DNA of 64,000 nt from an uncultured Bacteroidales bacterium (lineage in GTDB: Bacteria; Bacteroidota; Bacteroidia; Bacteroidales; UBA1402). The DNA lies in contig CAYYJF010000002.1 of NCBI GenBank assembly GCA_964472175.1, positions 13,904 to 77,903 on the forward strand. Reading direction: 5' to 3'. Of the stretch, positions 13,146 to 25,836 are shown piece after piece. The stretch's first letter is position 1. Every line of letters begins with the position of its first letter. Made by a program: the position numbers and the translations under genes. The notes beneath the pieces were generated by a model. It saw only the letters and a program-made list of their open reading frames with translations, made no database searches and had not been told where the DNA came from.

Positions 13146-14606
13146 ATGAAAAAAAGTTACACGCTATTTCTGCTTATCTGTACTTGTATAATCTCTTACA
13201 GTCTGCTTGGTAACGTTGTTATGGCATCAGAAGTGTTGAGTTTGGATGGTTTGAATAATCCAAATTTCACGCAAGACTCTAGCTTTCTGTGGAATGATGA
13301 ATCAGAAATGGTTCAGGATACCTCCTTGTCCGAAAATAAAGTTCCCGATCATGACACTTTATTGGTCTTCATAAATAAATATGATGTATGGAAGCATTTC
13401 AAAAAACCTGTTCCAATGGATCAATTAAAATATCCAATGCGTATTTTGGATGTCCAACCCATTCATCCTTTTGAAATGCCCTGGGTTTTTGATGTCAATC
13501 TAAAAAACAATCATTTTTCAAAAGATCTAACTCCATTTTATAAGAGAAAAAGAAGAATTATTTCTAAGGTTTCTGACTCCATTCAAACAAATCTAACCCG
13601 TATCATCAACTTGAGATCATTGAACTATTTCATCGTTCGTAAAAGCATGGTCCAGAATTTTCAATTGGTACAGTTTGACAGGACCAAATTGCCTGTTACC
13701 AGCAATTTGGTGTATCAAATTGAAAACACGCAACCTGTGATTGTGATCAACAATAAGCTGAGTACCCCTAAGCTGAATGTCCAGTTTTTGCCAGAGATTC
13801 AAAAAGTAAGTCCATGGACAATAAAGGGAAATTCCAAGCTTCAATTCACTCAAACGTATGTGTCAAAAAACTGGTCAAAAGGTGGAGAAAGCAATATGTC
13901 GGGTTTGTCGCAAGTGAATTTTCAAGCCAATTATTCAAAAAACAAGAATCTTCAGTTTGAGAACTCGATTGACCTCAAAATCGGCCTGAATACCGTTTCA
14001 AACGATAGTTTAAGAAACATAAATGTCAGTACAGATCAATTTCGCGCAGTATCCAAATTGGGTTTGCGTATGTTCAATGATTGGTATTATTCTTTATCCA
14101 GTGAATTCTCCACTCAAATATTGAACAACTATAAAGCAAATACGTACAATCTGAAATCTTCTTTTCTATCACCTGCAAAATTGTTTGTCGGTTTGGGTGT
14201 TGACTACAAAAAGAACAATTCTAAAAAAGGTTATAATTTATCTGTTTTATTGACCCCTTTGACCGTGAAAATGAATTACTTAAGGGATATTGAGCACTTT
14301 TCGCCAAAATCTTTTGGTATTGAACCCGGAGAGCACTTAGGCTTAGAACTGGGAGGAAAACTGACGGCAAATTTTTCGTGGAAACTAACAGAACAGTTGA
14401 AATGGACGTCTAAGTATTACTACTACACTGATTTTGAATATGTGGATACCGATTTTGAAAACACCTTCGATTTGGCAATAAATAATTATTTTTCTGTCTC
14501 TCTTTATTTGCATTTCAAGTTGGATGATCGATTGAAGCGGGATCCGGGTGAACCCTTGCTTCAAACACAGGAACTTTTCAGCTTTGGAATGATGTACCGG
14601 TGGTAA
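13146..14606 (+). CDS. DUF3078-family outer-membrane beta-barrel protein (function unknown)
   Basis: Signal peptide MKKSYTLFLLICTCIISYSLLG. The segment WTIKGNSKLQFTQTYVSKNWSKGGESNMSGLSQVNFQANY and the alternating-pattern C-terminus match my recollection of DUF3078. No HMM was run. Confidence 0.6.
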   Translation: MKKSYTLFLLICTCIISYSLLGNVVMASEVLSLDGLNNPNFTQDSSFLWNDESEMVQDTSLSENKVPDHDTLLVFINKYDVWKHFKKPVPMDQLKYPMRILDVQPIHPFEMPWVFDVNLKNNHFSKDLTPFYKRKRRIISKVSDSIQTNLTRIINLRSLNYFIVRKSMVQNFQLVQFDRTKLPVTSNLVYQIENTQPVIVINNKLSTPKLNVQFLPEIQKVSPWTIKGNSKLQFTQTYVSKNWSKGGESNMSGLSQVNFQANYSKNKNLQFENSIDLKIGLNTVSNDSLRNINVSTDQFRAVSKLGLRMFNDWYYSLSSEFSTQILNNYKANTYNLKSSFLSPAKLFVGLGVDYKKNNSKKGYNLSVLLTPLTVKMNYLRDIEHFSPKSFGIEPGEHLGLELGGKLTANFSWKLTEQLKWTSKYYYYTDFEYVDTDFENTFDLAINNYFSVSLYLHFKLDDRLKRDPGEPLLQTQELFSFGMMYRW

Positions 14607-14612
14607 AAAACT

Positions 14613-15443
14613 TTAATCCAAAATCTGGTAGCGTCTTTTCAACTCGTTGAAACCTGGAGACTTTAATCTCGAATCCAAATACACATTCAGACTGTCGAGC
14701 AAACTACTTTTGTTCAGTGCTGTTGCCCAAGCTTGCAATTGATGAAATCCAATAGGTGTTTCTGCATCTACTGATGGATATTTTTTCCGGTATGCTTGAG
14801 AAATATATAAATCACAGACCGCATAATCAATCAATCCGGCAGCAACCAATGCGATAAGCCTCTCATTACTGGCATTTTTAATTTTTCGAATATGTATCGT
14901 GTCTCCAATTTCGGATGCCAAGTGATGCAATCTGTTTATTTGGCCCAAATGATCATTGGTGTAGATGTTTTTTCCACCAAAATCCATCATGTTTCTGACA
15001 ATTGAATTTGGTCTGATTTTTGTGTTTTTCCGCTGTAAAAGCATCATTCTACTTTCTATAAGAGGCAGGGTAAATTGTACTTTTTTCTTTAAGTCTGAGG
15101 TGATTGGGAGTTGTCCAACAATCAAATCACATTCATTTTTTTGAAGACAATGAAGCATATGATGCAAATCGTTTTCAAAAATTAATTCCAAGGTGAGGTT
15201 GTGCCTGTTTGCGAAGTCTTTGACGAGTTCATAGTGAAACCCGTGTCTCCCTGTTTCATCTAAATAACAATTGAACGGATTTTGCTCGATACAAACCCTT
15301 AATACCCCTTTTCTCTTGATGTCATCAAAGTCACCCACATTTCGATCTGAGACTGAAATGCTGTGTATCAGTGCGAATAGCAACCAAAAGAATAGGAAAA
15401 TGGCAGCAATTACGAAAGATGGATGTTTTTTTCGTTTAATCAT
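14613..15443 (-). CDS. Membrane-anchored solute-binding-fold protein (SBP_bac_3, MltF N-terminal-domain-like, no transglycosylase domain)
   Basis: 276 aa with an N-terminal TM helix. LRVCIEQNPFNCYLDETGRHGFHYELVKDFANRHNLTLE...ECDLIVGQLPIT follows the MltF/amino-acid-binding-protein pattern. Overlaps the upstream porin-like gene by 8 nt. Confidence 0.6.
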   Translation of the reverse strand: MIKRKKHPSFVIAAIFLFFWLLFALIHSISVSDRNVGDFDDIKRKGVLRVCIEQNPFNCYLDETGRHGFHYELVKDFANRHNLTLELIFENDLHHMLHCLQKNECDLIVGQLPITSDLKKKVQFTLPLIESRMMLLQRKNTKIRPNSIVRNMMDFGGKNIYTNDHLGQINRLHHLASEIGDTIHIRKIKNASNERLIALVAAGLIDYAVCDLYISQAYRKKYPSVDAETPIGFHQLQAWATALNKSSLLDSLNVYLDSRLKSPGFNELKRRYQILD

Positions 15444-17490
15444 AGAAATTCCATGAAATACCGACTTTTAGTATGGTTGGATTGATGGGGTAATGTGGTG
15501 CCGAAAAATAATATGGGCTGGCAAACAGCCTGCTCGCATGTGAGTATATGGCAAAGAAACGCATGCGTTTCAGATGAAAATTACCATAGATATTCACAAA
15601 TGGGTACTGGCCAATTTTGATTTGATCCTGGTTGTAAAACTGACTCAATGCAGGCATATAAGCGGGTGCATAATAGGATGTGTGGTATTTGCAGTCTATC
15701 CCAATATGCGATGTCAATACACCGGAGAGCATGAACTTTAAATACAAATCGGAGTAAAGAGTTACATCCGGTAATGGCAGAACCTTCTGATTGCTACTTA
15801 GTTGCCAAATGATGTCGTTGTCGAAATGGAGTATTCCCAAACGAATGCCTTTTTGTAATCTCAATGAAACGACCTGAATGTTTCCAGCATATTGATCGGG
15901 TAACGACTGTTTATTGAAGTAAATATAGTTGGTTAGGTTTTGAACGGAAGCATTTAATTTTAATCGATGAAATGGTAAATTTAACATACCATTGATCCCT
16001 GTTCTGTATTGGTCCTTAAAATCATTCCTCCACTTAAAATGATTGGAGTTAAAATTTTCCAGAAAATAATCCGGATGTGATTTGTTGATGTTCCCGGACA
16101 ATTTCAGTTGGACGGACTTCCCGAAAAGTGGGATTTTGGTATCCATATAGCCTTTCATTTCAAAATCGCCTATATCTTCACCCAACATACAAAGCTTGGC
16201 AAAAACCGAGAAATTAAATAGTTCCCCTTGGGTTCTTGATAATTCTCCTCCAAGCCAGATCAGACTTTTTCGATGTTCGACCAAGCTTGTGTCTGAAAAT
16301 GTCTGAAGAATATTCCTATAATGTGTATAATTTCTATAATCATGTTCCAAAAATCCCGTCAAGCCCATTTGTGCCCATTTGCTGAAGCCTTCCTTGATGG
16401 ATAAGCCGACAATATTGCGCACTTGAACCAAAGCACTTGTGTCATTTGTTTCATTTGGATTGATGTATGCAATGTTGTTGTAAAAGCTACCATTGGTGGT
16501 TTCGGACAGATAATTCTTTTGACTTTTCTCAAGCATCATGGTATGGAAAATGCCGGAAACAGGCACAAATACCTTTGTTGTATCGAGTTTTGTTGAGTCA
16601 ATGGGGTCATTCTTTTGAACATTGATAAAAGTGCGTTCAAATCCCAATTTGTACTCATGATGGAGAAATAAATGCTGGTTCCTATAGATATTTTTTGCAT
16701 CGGTCAGTTCTACCGGAATGTTCAGGCTTTCATATTCTCTCATTCCACCACTCATATTGAGTGGTTCGGTGATGTATCTGTCGTCAGAAATACCCCCGTT
16801 TTCTTTGTTTTCGATGTAGTTTTGACCATATTTCCAATACAGGTCATATCTTGGATGTCTGTAGTTCCCAAATATTGAGGTCAATTTATCCCGATTGGCA
16901 TTGTTTTCGTAAAATCCTCTGGAATAGAGAATTTCGTGATCAAAACCGATGTTGAGGTATTTGTTTAGATTGACAGTGAATAAAAATTTGAAATTTTCTT
17001 CCTGAGAAACATCATTCCCAAAGGTGGTAAAATAATTTAAATTGGTATAGGGGGTGGTGGTATTGTAATATATCTGTTCAAAAGGAGCAGTGATCCAATA
17101 TTCATAGGATTTGCCGAAGATAAAGGGCGTTTTTTCGATTTGATCGGTGAAAATCTTTGATTGAAAAGGCGCTCCCATGTTGTACAAATACGATCCGGAC
17201 AGGGTGCTGTTTCTTTCCGGAAAAAACATGTTCTGAAAATTCAGGGTCGTCGTATCAAGATTGATAGAGTCTTTTATCCCCGTGATTTCAGTCAATTTGA
17301 CATTTTTAAAGCGGGAATTGTAGGTGATGACTTCAGCCGCTTTCTTTTTTTTGGATGGATCCAAAGCACCAAAATCTTTGGTTCCACCTTCAGGAATTTG
17401 GTTGTTGTCGATGAACCTTTGTGCGGACAGTGGTTGTACGATGCCCAATAACAGGAGAAATAAAAAGGTGATTTTACAAAATGCGTGCAT
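15436..17490 (-). CDS. Putative porin-family outer-membrane protein (function unknown)
   Basis: About 684 aa. Signal peptide MHAFCKITFLFLLLLGIVQPLSAQ, aromatic-rich beta-strand periodicity and a C-terminal ...GISWNFYD. I prefer the ATG at 17490 to the GTG at 17502, which is only 10 nt from the -7 box. Confidence 0.5.
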   Translation of the reverse strand: MHAFCKITFLFLLLLGIVQPLSAQRFIDNNQIPEGGTKDFGALDPSKKKKAAEVITYNSRFKNVKLTEITGIKDSINLDTTTLNFQNMFFPERNSTLSGSYLYNMGAPFQSKIFTDQIEKTPFIFGKSYEYWITAPFEQIYYNTTTPYTNLNYFTTFGNDVSQEENFKFLFTVNLNKYLNIGFDHEILYSRGFYENNANRDKLTSIFGNYRHPRYDLYWKYGQNYIENKENGGISDDRYITEPLNMSGGMREYESLNIPVELTDAKNIYRNQHLFLHHEYKLGFERTFINVQKNDPIDSTKLDTTKVFVPVSGIFHTMMLEKSQKNYLSETTNGSFYNNIAYINPNETNDTSALVQVRNIVGLSIKEGFSKWAQMGLTGFLEHDYRNYTHYRNILQTFSDTSLVEHRKSLIWLGGELSRTQGELFNFSVFAKLCMLGEDIGDFEMKGYMDTKIPLFGKSVQLKLSGNINKSHPDYFLENFNSNHFKWRNDFKDQYRTGINGMLNLPFHRLKLNASVQNLTNYIYFNKQSLPDQYAGNIQVVSLRLQKGIRLGILHFDNDIIWQLSSNQKVLPLPDVTLYSDLYLKFMLSGVLTSHIGIDCKYHTSYYAPAYMPALSQFYNQDQIKIGQYPFVNIYGNFHLKRMRFFAIYSHASRLFASPYYFSAPHYPINPTILKVGISWNFYD

Positions 17491-17492
17491 GA

Positions 17493-20224
<2,732 letters not shown>

Positions 20225-20234
20225 GTTTTTTTCG

Positions 20235-20242
20235 TATTTTTG
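20235..20242 (+). promoter_or_regulatory. Candidate -7 promoter box for dapA
   Basis: TATTTTTG, 77 nt upstream of the dapA ATG. This is a longer leader than the others in the window. Confidence 0.3.
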
Positions 20243-20318
20243 CATTCTCTGTAGCGGTAAATGAATAATTATAAGTTACAGATATTTCTATGCAAATCAG
20301 CCAAATAGCAGTAAGAAT

Positions 20319-21212
20319 ATGATTAACAGTAAGTTGACTGGTCTGGGGATTGCCCTGATAACCCCATTCAATAAGGATGAAAGCATCGATTTCGCCGCTT
20401 TGGGTAGATTGGTGGATTTCCAAATGCAGAACGGAATCGATTATTTAGTTGTTTTAGGTACAACTGCTGAATCCGCTACTTTAACAGAGCAGGAGAAAAA
20501 TCAGATCAAAGATTTTGTCGTCGATCGGGTGAAGGGACGGATTCCAGTCGTATTGGGTGTTGGCGGAAATTGTACCAAAGCCGTCACAGAAGAATTACAA
20601 ACCAAAGACTTGAAGGGGATTGATGCAATTCTCTCAGTCGTTCCATATTATAATAAACCCTCACAAGAAGGTGTTTATTGTCACTATAAGGCCATTGCAG
20701 AAAGTACGGATTTGCCCATCATCCTCTACAATCACCCTGGTAGAACCGGTGTGAACATGACAGCCGAAACAACATTGCGTTTGGCTTTCGACTTTCCTAA
20801 TATTGTGGCCATCAAAGAGGCATCAGGCAATATTTCACAAATGGATGAAATCATCAAAAACAAACCAAAAGATTTTATGGTGATTTCAGGTGATGACGGA
20901 ATTACTTTTCCTCTGATCACCCTGGGAGCTGTCGGTGTCATTTCTGTCATAGGAAATGCTTTCCCCAAAGAATTCGGCCGGATGGTTCGATTGGCATTGC
21001 AAGGGGATTTTACCAACGCGTTGGACATTCATCACCGTTTCACAGAATTATTCAATCTGCTCTTTGTTGATGGAAATCCCGCCGGCGTAAAGTGTATGCT
21101 CAATGCCATGGGTTATATCGAAAACAAATTAAGATTGCCTTTGGTTCCAACCCGTATCACGACGTATGAAAGCATCAAAAAAGTGTTGGATGATTTAAAT
21201 GTGAAGTATTAA
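20319..21212 (+). CDS. dapA: 4-hydroxy-tetrahydrodipicolinate synthase
   Basis: 297 aa. Motifs: GTTAESATLT, YYNKPSQEG and the active-site Lys context AIKEASGN. Confidence 0.92.
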   Translation: MINSKLTGLGIALITPFNKDESIDFAALGRLVDFQMQNGIDYLVVLGTTAESATLTEQEKNQIKDFVVDRVKGRIPVVLGVGGNCTKAVTEELQTKDLKGIDAILSVVPYYNKPSQEGVYCHYKAIAESTDLPIILYNHPGRTGVNMTAETTLRLAFDFPNIVAIKEASGNISQMDEIIKNKPKDFMVISGDDGITFPLITLGAVGVISVIGNAFPKEFGRMVRLALQGDFTNALDIHHRFTELFNLLFVDGNPAGVKCMLNAMGYIENKLRLPLVPTRITTYESIKKVLDDLNVKY

Positions 21213-21224
21213 ACAGTCAATCAA

Positions 21225-23684
21225 ATGAACATTTCTTATAATTGGTTAAAGGAATTTGTGTCTTTTAACCTTTCACCCGATGAAACCGCAAAAGTTCTTA
21301 CATCTATTGGTTTAGAAAACGGTCCGATTGAGAAATCGGAATCCATTAAAGGTGGTTTGGAAGGTTTGGTTATAGGCAAGGTTTTAACCTGCACCGATCA
21401 TCCCGATTCTGATCATTTGCATTGTACGACCGTAGATGTTGGTGAAGCAGAACCCTTGAAAATTGTCTGTGGCGCTCCCAATGTTCAAGCCGGTCAAACC
21501 GTCGTGGTTGCGACTGTGGGTGCCAAATTGTATTCAGGAGATGAAGCATTCACGATAAAAAAATCGAAAATTCGGGGTCAGGAATCCTTTGGAATGATTT
21601 GTGCCGAAGATGAAATTGGCGTTGGAACCAGCCATGATGGCATCATCGTACTAAGCGACGAGGTGCCTGTTGGCACGAAAGCCAAAGACTATTACAAAAT
21701 CGAAAACGATTATATTCTCGAGGTAGATATTACTCCAAACAGAATTGATGCTGCCTCACATTTTGGTGTGGCACGAGATTTGGCTGCATATCTTAAAACC
21801 ATTGATAAGAGTGTGGTTTTAAAGAAGCCTGATGTCGATTCGTTCCAGGTCGATAACACATCCAAAATCATCGAGGTTCAAGTTGAAGACAGTGAAGCCT
21901 GCCCTAGATACACAGGTGTAACGCTGACCAATGTTCATGTCACCGAATCACCGAAGTGGTTACAGGAACGTTTGATTAAAATCGGGTTGAGACCCATCAA
22001 CAATGTGGTGGATGTAACCAATTACCTGCTACACGAAACAGGACAACCTTTGCACGCTTTTGATTGTTCTAAGATTGTTGGAAACAAAATCATTGTCAAA
22101 AAAGGTTTTGAAAATCAGGTATTTGTAACGCTTGACGGCGTTGAGCGTAAACTATCCGATCAAGACCTGATGATTTGCAATGCAGCAGAACCCATGTGTA
22201 TTGCAGGCGTTTTTGGCGGGCTGGATTCAGGCGTTCAGGAGCACACCACGGATGTGTTTATTGAAAGTGCCTATTTTAATCCGGTTAGCGTCAGAAAGAC
22301 AGCCAGATACCATGGCTTGAATACAGACTCATCGTTCCGATTTGAACGCGGAGTGGATCCGAATAACATCATTTATGTGCTGAAAAGAGCAGCAATGATG
22401 ATCAAGGAATTCGGCGGTGGCGAAATTTCCAGTCCCATTGTAGATGTCTATCCCAACCCAATTCAGGATTTTAAAGTTCAATTGAGTATTCAAAAAGTAC
22501 ATAACCTGATTGGAAAAGAAATCGAAGTAGATACAATTAAGTCCATTCTGAACGCATTGGAAATTTCAATTTCCAAGGAACAAGACGGTGTTTTGGATTT
22601 GATTGTTCCAGCATATCGTGTTGATGTACAAAGAGATGTGGATGTTATTGAGGACATCCTTCGCATTTATGGTTACAATCAGGTTGAGGTGAACACTTCC
22701 TTGAAATCGACCATTTCAATTTCAAACAAACCCAACAGTTACAAATTGCAAAATTTGATTTCTGAACAGTTGACTGCCAATGGATACAATGAAATCATGA
22801 ACAATTCATTGACAGCATCGGCGCTCTATCAGGATTCAACAACGTTTCCTGTTGAAAACGTTGTCATGTTGATGAACCCGCTCAGCTCAGATTTAAATGG
22901 CATGCGTCAAACCTTGCTATTTGGAGGACTTGAAAGCATCGCGTACAACAAAAACAGAAAAAGAGCCAATTTGAAATTGTATGAATTTGGCAATTGCTAT
23001 CAATATCATCAGGAAAAGAAATCTTCGGAAGATCGACTGGCCTGTTATACAGAATCCTATCATTTGGGTATTTGGATGACCGGTGACAGATATGCTCAAA
23101 ACTGGATGACTCCGGTAGAAAAATCCAGTGTTTATGAATTGAAAGCCATCGTGCAGAATGTTTTTAAACGTTTGGGCTTGGAAGATCGAATGATTGATGC
23201 CATTGAAGGCTCGGATGATTTGTTTAGTCATAAAATGCAATATCAAACCAAAAACGGTAAAGTTCTGGCTCAATTGGGTGCTGTGAAATCTTCTATTTTG
23301 AACAAATTTGACATTGATACCCCGGTTTTCTTTGCCGATATTGAATGGAACAATGTGCTGGAAATGCACAAAGGACAAAAAGTTCGTTTTACGGAGATGT
23401 CTAAATTCCCTGAAGTCCGTCGTGATTTGGCTTTGTTGTTAGACAAACAAATTCGATTTGAAGATATACGGAAAGTAGCCAAATCAACAGAGAAAAAGCT
23501 GTTAAAAGACATCACCTTGTTTGATGTATATGAGGGAAAGAATTTACCAATGGGTAAGAAGTCGTATGCTGTCAGCTTTATTTTACAGGATGAAAATCAA
23601 ACATTAAATGATAAAACGATTGATTCAGTCATGAACAAATTGATTGAACAATTGAAAAGACAATTAAACGCAGAATTGCGTTAA
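21225..23684 (+). CDS. pheT: Phenylalanine--tRNA ligase beta subunit
   Basis: 819 aa. N-terminal MNISYNWLKEF, tRNA-binding OB fold, B3_4/B5 domains and a C-terminal FDX-ACB domain (DVYEGKNLPMGKKSYAVSF). Confidence 0.93.
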   Translation: MNISYNWLKEFVSFNLSPDETAKVLTSIGLENGPIEKSESIKGGLEGLVIGKVLTCTDHPDSDHLHCTTVDVGEAEPLKIVCGAPNVQAGQTVVVATVGAKLYSGDEAFTIKKSKIRGQESFGMICAEDEIGVGTSHDGIIVLSDEVPVGTKAKDYYKIENDYILEVDITPNRIDAASHFGVARDLAAYLKTIDKSVVLKKPDVDSFQVDNTSKIIEVQVEDSEACPRYTGVTLTNVHVTESPKWLQERLIKIGLRPINNVVDVTNYLLHETGQPLHAFDCSKIVGNKIIVKKGFENQVFVTLDGVERKLSDQDLMICNAAEPMCIAGVFGGLDSGVQEHTTDVFIESAYFNPVSVRKTARYHGLNTDSSFRFERGVDPNNIIYVLKRAAMMIKEFGGGEISSPIVDVYPNPIQDFKVQLSIQKVHNLIGKEIEVDTIKSILNALEISISKEQDGVLDLIVPAYRVDVQRDVDVIEDILRIYGYNQVEVNTSLKSTISISNKPNSYKLQNLISEQLTANGYNEIMNNSLTASALYQDSTTFPVENVVMLMNPLSSDLNGMRQTLLFGGLESIAYNKNRKRANLKLYEFGNCYQYHQEKKSSEDRLACYTESYHLGIWMTGDRYAQNWMTPVEKSSVYELKAIVQNVFKRLGLEDRMIDAIEGSDDLFSHKMQYQTKNGKVLAQLGAVKSSILNKFDIDTPVFFADIEWNNVLEMHKGQKVRFTEMSKFPEVRRDLALLLDKQIRFEDIRKVAKSTEKKLLKDITLFDVYEGKNLPMGKKSYAVSFILQDENQTLNDKTIDSVMNKLIEQLKRQLNAELR

Positions 23685-23702
23685 ATGGAAGGATTATAAA
23701 TT

Positions 23703-24431
23703 ATGGGAAGAGCGTTTGAATATCGTAAGGCTAGAAAAATGAAACGTTGGGGGAATATGGCCCGTACGTTTACAAAAATTGGTAAAGAAATATCTATTTG
23801 TGTCAAGGCCTCAGGCCCTGATCCTGATGCAAATCCCCGATTGAGGGTGCTGATGCAGAATGCAAAAACTGCCAATATGCCGAAAGACAACGTTGAAAGA
23901 GCCATCAAAAAAGCCATTTCAAAAGACTTTGCGGATTATAAAGACATGGTTTATGAAGGATATGGTCCTTTTGGTATTGCTGTTTTGGTAGAAACCCAAA
24001 CCGACAATCCAACACGTACCGTTGCCAATGTGCGAAGTGCTTTCAATAGGTACGGCGGTTCGTTGGGCACATCAGGCAGTTTGTCGTTTATTTTTGATAG
24101 AAAATCCGTTTTCAAAATTGTACCAAAAGAGGGCATCGATATCGAAGGATTGGAATTGGAAATGATCGATTATGGTGCCGAGGAGATGGAAATGGATGAA
24201 AACGAAATAGTCATCTATGGCCAACCCGAAGATTTTGCCAGAATTCAGAATTATCTGGAAGAAAATCAATACGAAATCGTTTCAGCAGAATTTGAACGTT
24301 TTCCGAATGATACAAAGGAATTGAATGAAGAACAAAGGGCTACATTGGACAAGTTGATCGAAAAGTTGGAAGACGATGAAGACGTGTCTAATGTTTACCA
24401 CAATATGGCACCCGAAGAGGATGAAGCGTAA
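23703..24431 (+). CDS. YebC/PmpR-family DNA-binding transcriptional regulator
   Basis: 242 aa. The MGRAFEYRKARKMKRWGNMARTFTKIGKEI N-terminus is diagnostic of the family. Confidence 0.9.
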   Translation: MGRAFEYRKARKMKRWGNMARTFTKIGKEISICVKASGPDPDANPRLRVLMQNAKTANMPKDNVERAIKKAISKDFADYKDMVYEGYGPFGIAVLVETQTDNPTRTVANVRSAFNRYGGSLGTSGSLSFIFDRKSVFKIVPKEGIDIEGLELEMIDYGAEEMEMDENEIVIYGQPEDFARIQNYLEENQYEIVSAEFERFPNDTKELNEEQRATLDKLIEKLEDDEDVSNVYHNMAPEEDEA

Positions 24432-24438
24432 TTTATTG

Positions 24439-24466
24439 GTGTAAGGGATTTTAGGATCCCTTACAC
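24439..24466. terminator. Shared hairpin between convergent yebC-like and folC genes
   Basis: Perfect 11-bp stem GTGTAAGGGAT/ATCCCTTACAC with a 6-nt loop. The right arm contains the folC stop codon (24461-24463). The U-tracts are weak. Confidence 0.45.
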
Positions 24467-25753
24467 ATTCAATGCTTCTGCAACCACAAAAGTGCTTCCA
24501 CCGATGAAAATCAAATCTTCGGGAGCACTATTTTTTTTGGCTGCTTCTATAGCCTCACTTACAGTGCTATATGAAAGCCCAATCAAATCATATTTTTTTC
24601 CGGATTGTCGCAGCTCCATTTCAGGCATGGCTCTTGGAATGCTTGCTTTGGTGAAGTAATATCTCGCGTCTTTGGGTAGTAATTTGAGCACACCCTGAAT
24701 GTCTTTGTCACCAACCATACCGATCACAAAATGAAGTTGTTTGTGTGGCAGCTGTCGTATTTGTTCAACAACATACCGAATCCCGGCAACATTGTGCCCC
24801 GTATCGCAAATAATATCCGGATGTTGGCCAATTTTTTCCCATCGACCTCGTAATCCGGTGTTAATCAATACATTTTTGAACCCACTGTAAACACTTCCAT
24901 CGACAATATCCCATTTTAAATTGCGCAAAACATCGATCGTAGTCAATACCGTAGCTGCATTCTCTTGTTGATAGGAACCGCTCAATGCACACATGATATC
25001 ATTGTACATGTGCATTCCTTTTTCACAAACGATATAGGTTTCATTCTTTGCATTCACACTCATGGAGGTTGTGTAACAGTCTTTTGCAAAAACCAAACTG
25101 CAGCCGACCGCCTTTGACCGGTCCGTGAATACTTTTTCTACTTCTTTTTCGTCCGCTTTTCCAATAACGGTTGGTACCCCTTTTTTCATGATGCCCGCTT
25201 TTTCGAAGGCAATGGCTTCTAGCGTATGCCCCAATAGGTCCACGTGGTCAAAGCTGATGTTCGTGATGACTGAAGCGATGGGTGAGATGATATTGGTGCT
25301 GTCCAACCTGCCACCCAAGCCGACCTCAATGATTGCAATATCCACTGCTTCTTGTTTGAACCAATCGAAGGCCATTTCTGACGTTAATTCGAAAAATGAA
25401 GGCTGAATGTTTGAATCGAACTCTATAAATCGTTTTACGAATTCAACGACTTTGGCTTCAGGAATCATTTGACCGTTGATCCGAATCCGCTCTCTGAAAT
25501 CTTTCAAGTGTGGGGAGGTGTACAAACCAACTTTAAAACCGGATTCTTGTAGAATGGATGCCAGTAGATTGGAGACAGACCCCTTGCCATTTGTGCCGCC
25601 AACATGTATGGTTGGGTAGGAGTGGTGTGGACTTTCGAGCAAAGAATCGAGTTGGATGGCATTGTCTAAGCCAGGTTTGTATGCCGATGCTCCTGAATGT
25701 TGAAATACCGGAGTTTGGTTGTATAAGTAGTAGATGGTTTCTTCGTAATTCAT
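24461..25753 (-). CDS. folC: Bifunctional folylpolyglutamate synthase/dihydrofolate synthase
   Basis: P-loop HVGGTNGKGSV and the Mur-ligase fold. Start trimmed to the ATG at 25753 (MNYEETIYYLY), because the ATG at 25774 lies inside the -7 box. Confidence 0.88.
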   Translation of the reverse strand: MNYEETIYYLYNQTPVFQHSGASAYKPGLDNAIQLDSLLESPHHSYPTIHVGGTNGKGSVSNLLASILQESGFKVGLYTSPHLKDFRERIRINGQMIPEAKVVEFVKRFIEFDSNIQPSFFELTSEMAFDWFKQEAVDIAIIEVGLGGRLDSTNIISPIASVITNISFDHVDLLGHTLEAIAFEKAGIMKKGVPTVIGKADEKEVEKVFTDRSKAVGCSLVFAKDCYTTSMSVNAKNETYIVCEKGMHMYNDIMCALSGSYQQENAATVLTTIDVLRNLKWDIVDGSVYSGFKNVLINTGLRGRWEKIGQHPDIICDTGHNVAGIRYVVEQIRQLPHKQLHFVIGMVGDKDIQGVLKLLPKDARYYFTKASIPRAMPEMELRQSGKKYDLIGLSYSTVSEAIEAAKKNSAPEDLIFIGGSTFVVAEALNV

Positions 25754-25771
25754 CGTACAGTCTGTTTGTCG

Positions 25772-25779
25772 CAAAGATA
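25772..25779 (-). promoter_or_regulatory. Candidate -7 promoter box for folC
   Basis: Minus strand reads TATCTTTG, 19 nt upstream of the ATG at 25753. Confidence 0.45.
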
Positions 25780-25799
25780 CACCAATGAATTTAAATAGT

Positions 25800-25807
25800 T
25801 ACCTTTG
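25800..25807 (+). promoter_or_regulatory. Candidate -7 promoter box for the EamA transporter gene
   Basis: TACCTTTG, 30 nt upstream of the ATG at 25837. Confidence 0.45.
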
Positions 25808-25836
25808 TTTATCCATTGAATTGAAACTGATTGTTT

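Noticed and set aside
20225-20318. Possible lysine riboswitch or other leader element upstream of dapA, given the 77-nt distance from the -7 box.
   Set aside because: The region is far shorter than a lysine riboswitch (~180 nt) and lacks its conserved helices. I found no convincing stem-loops.
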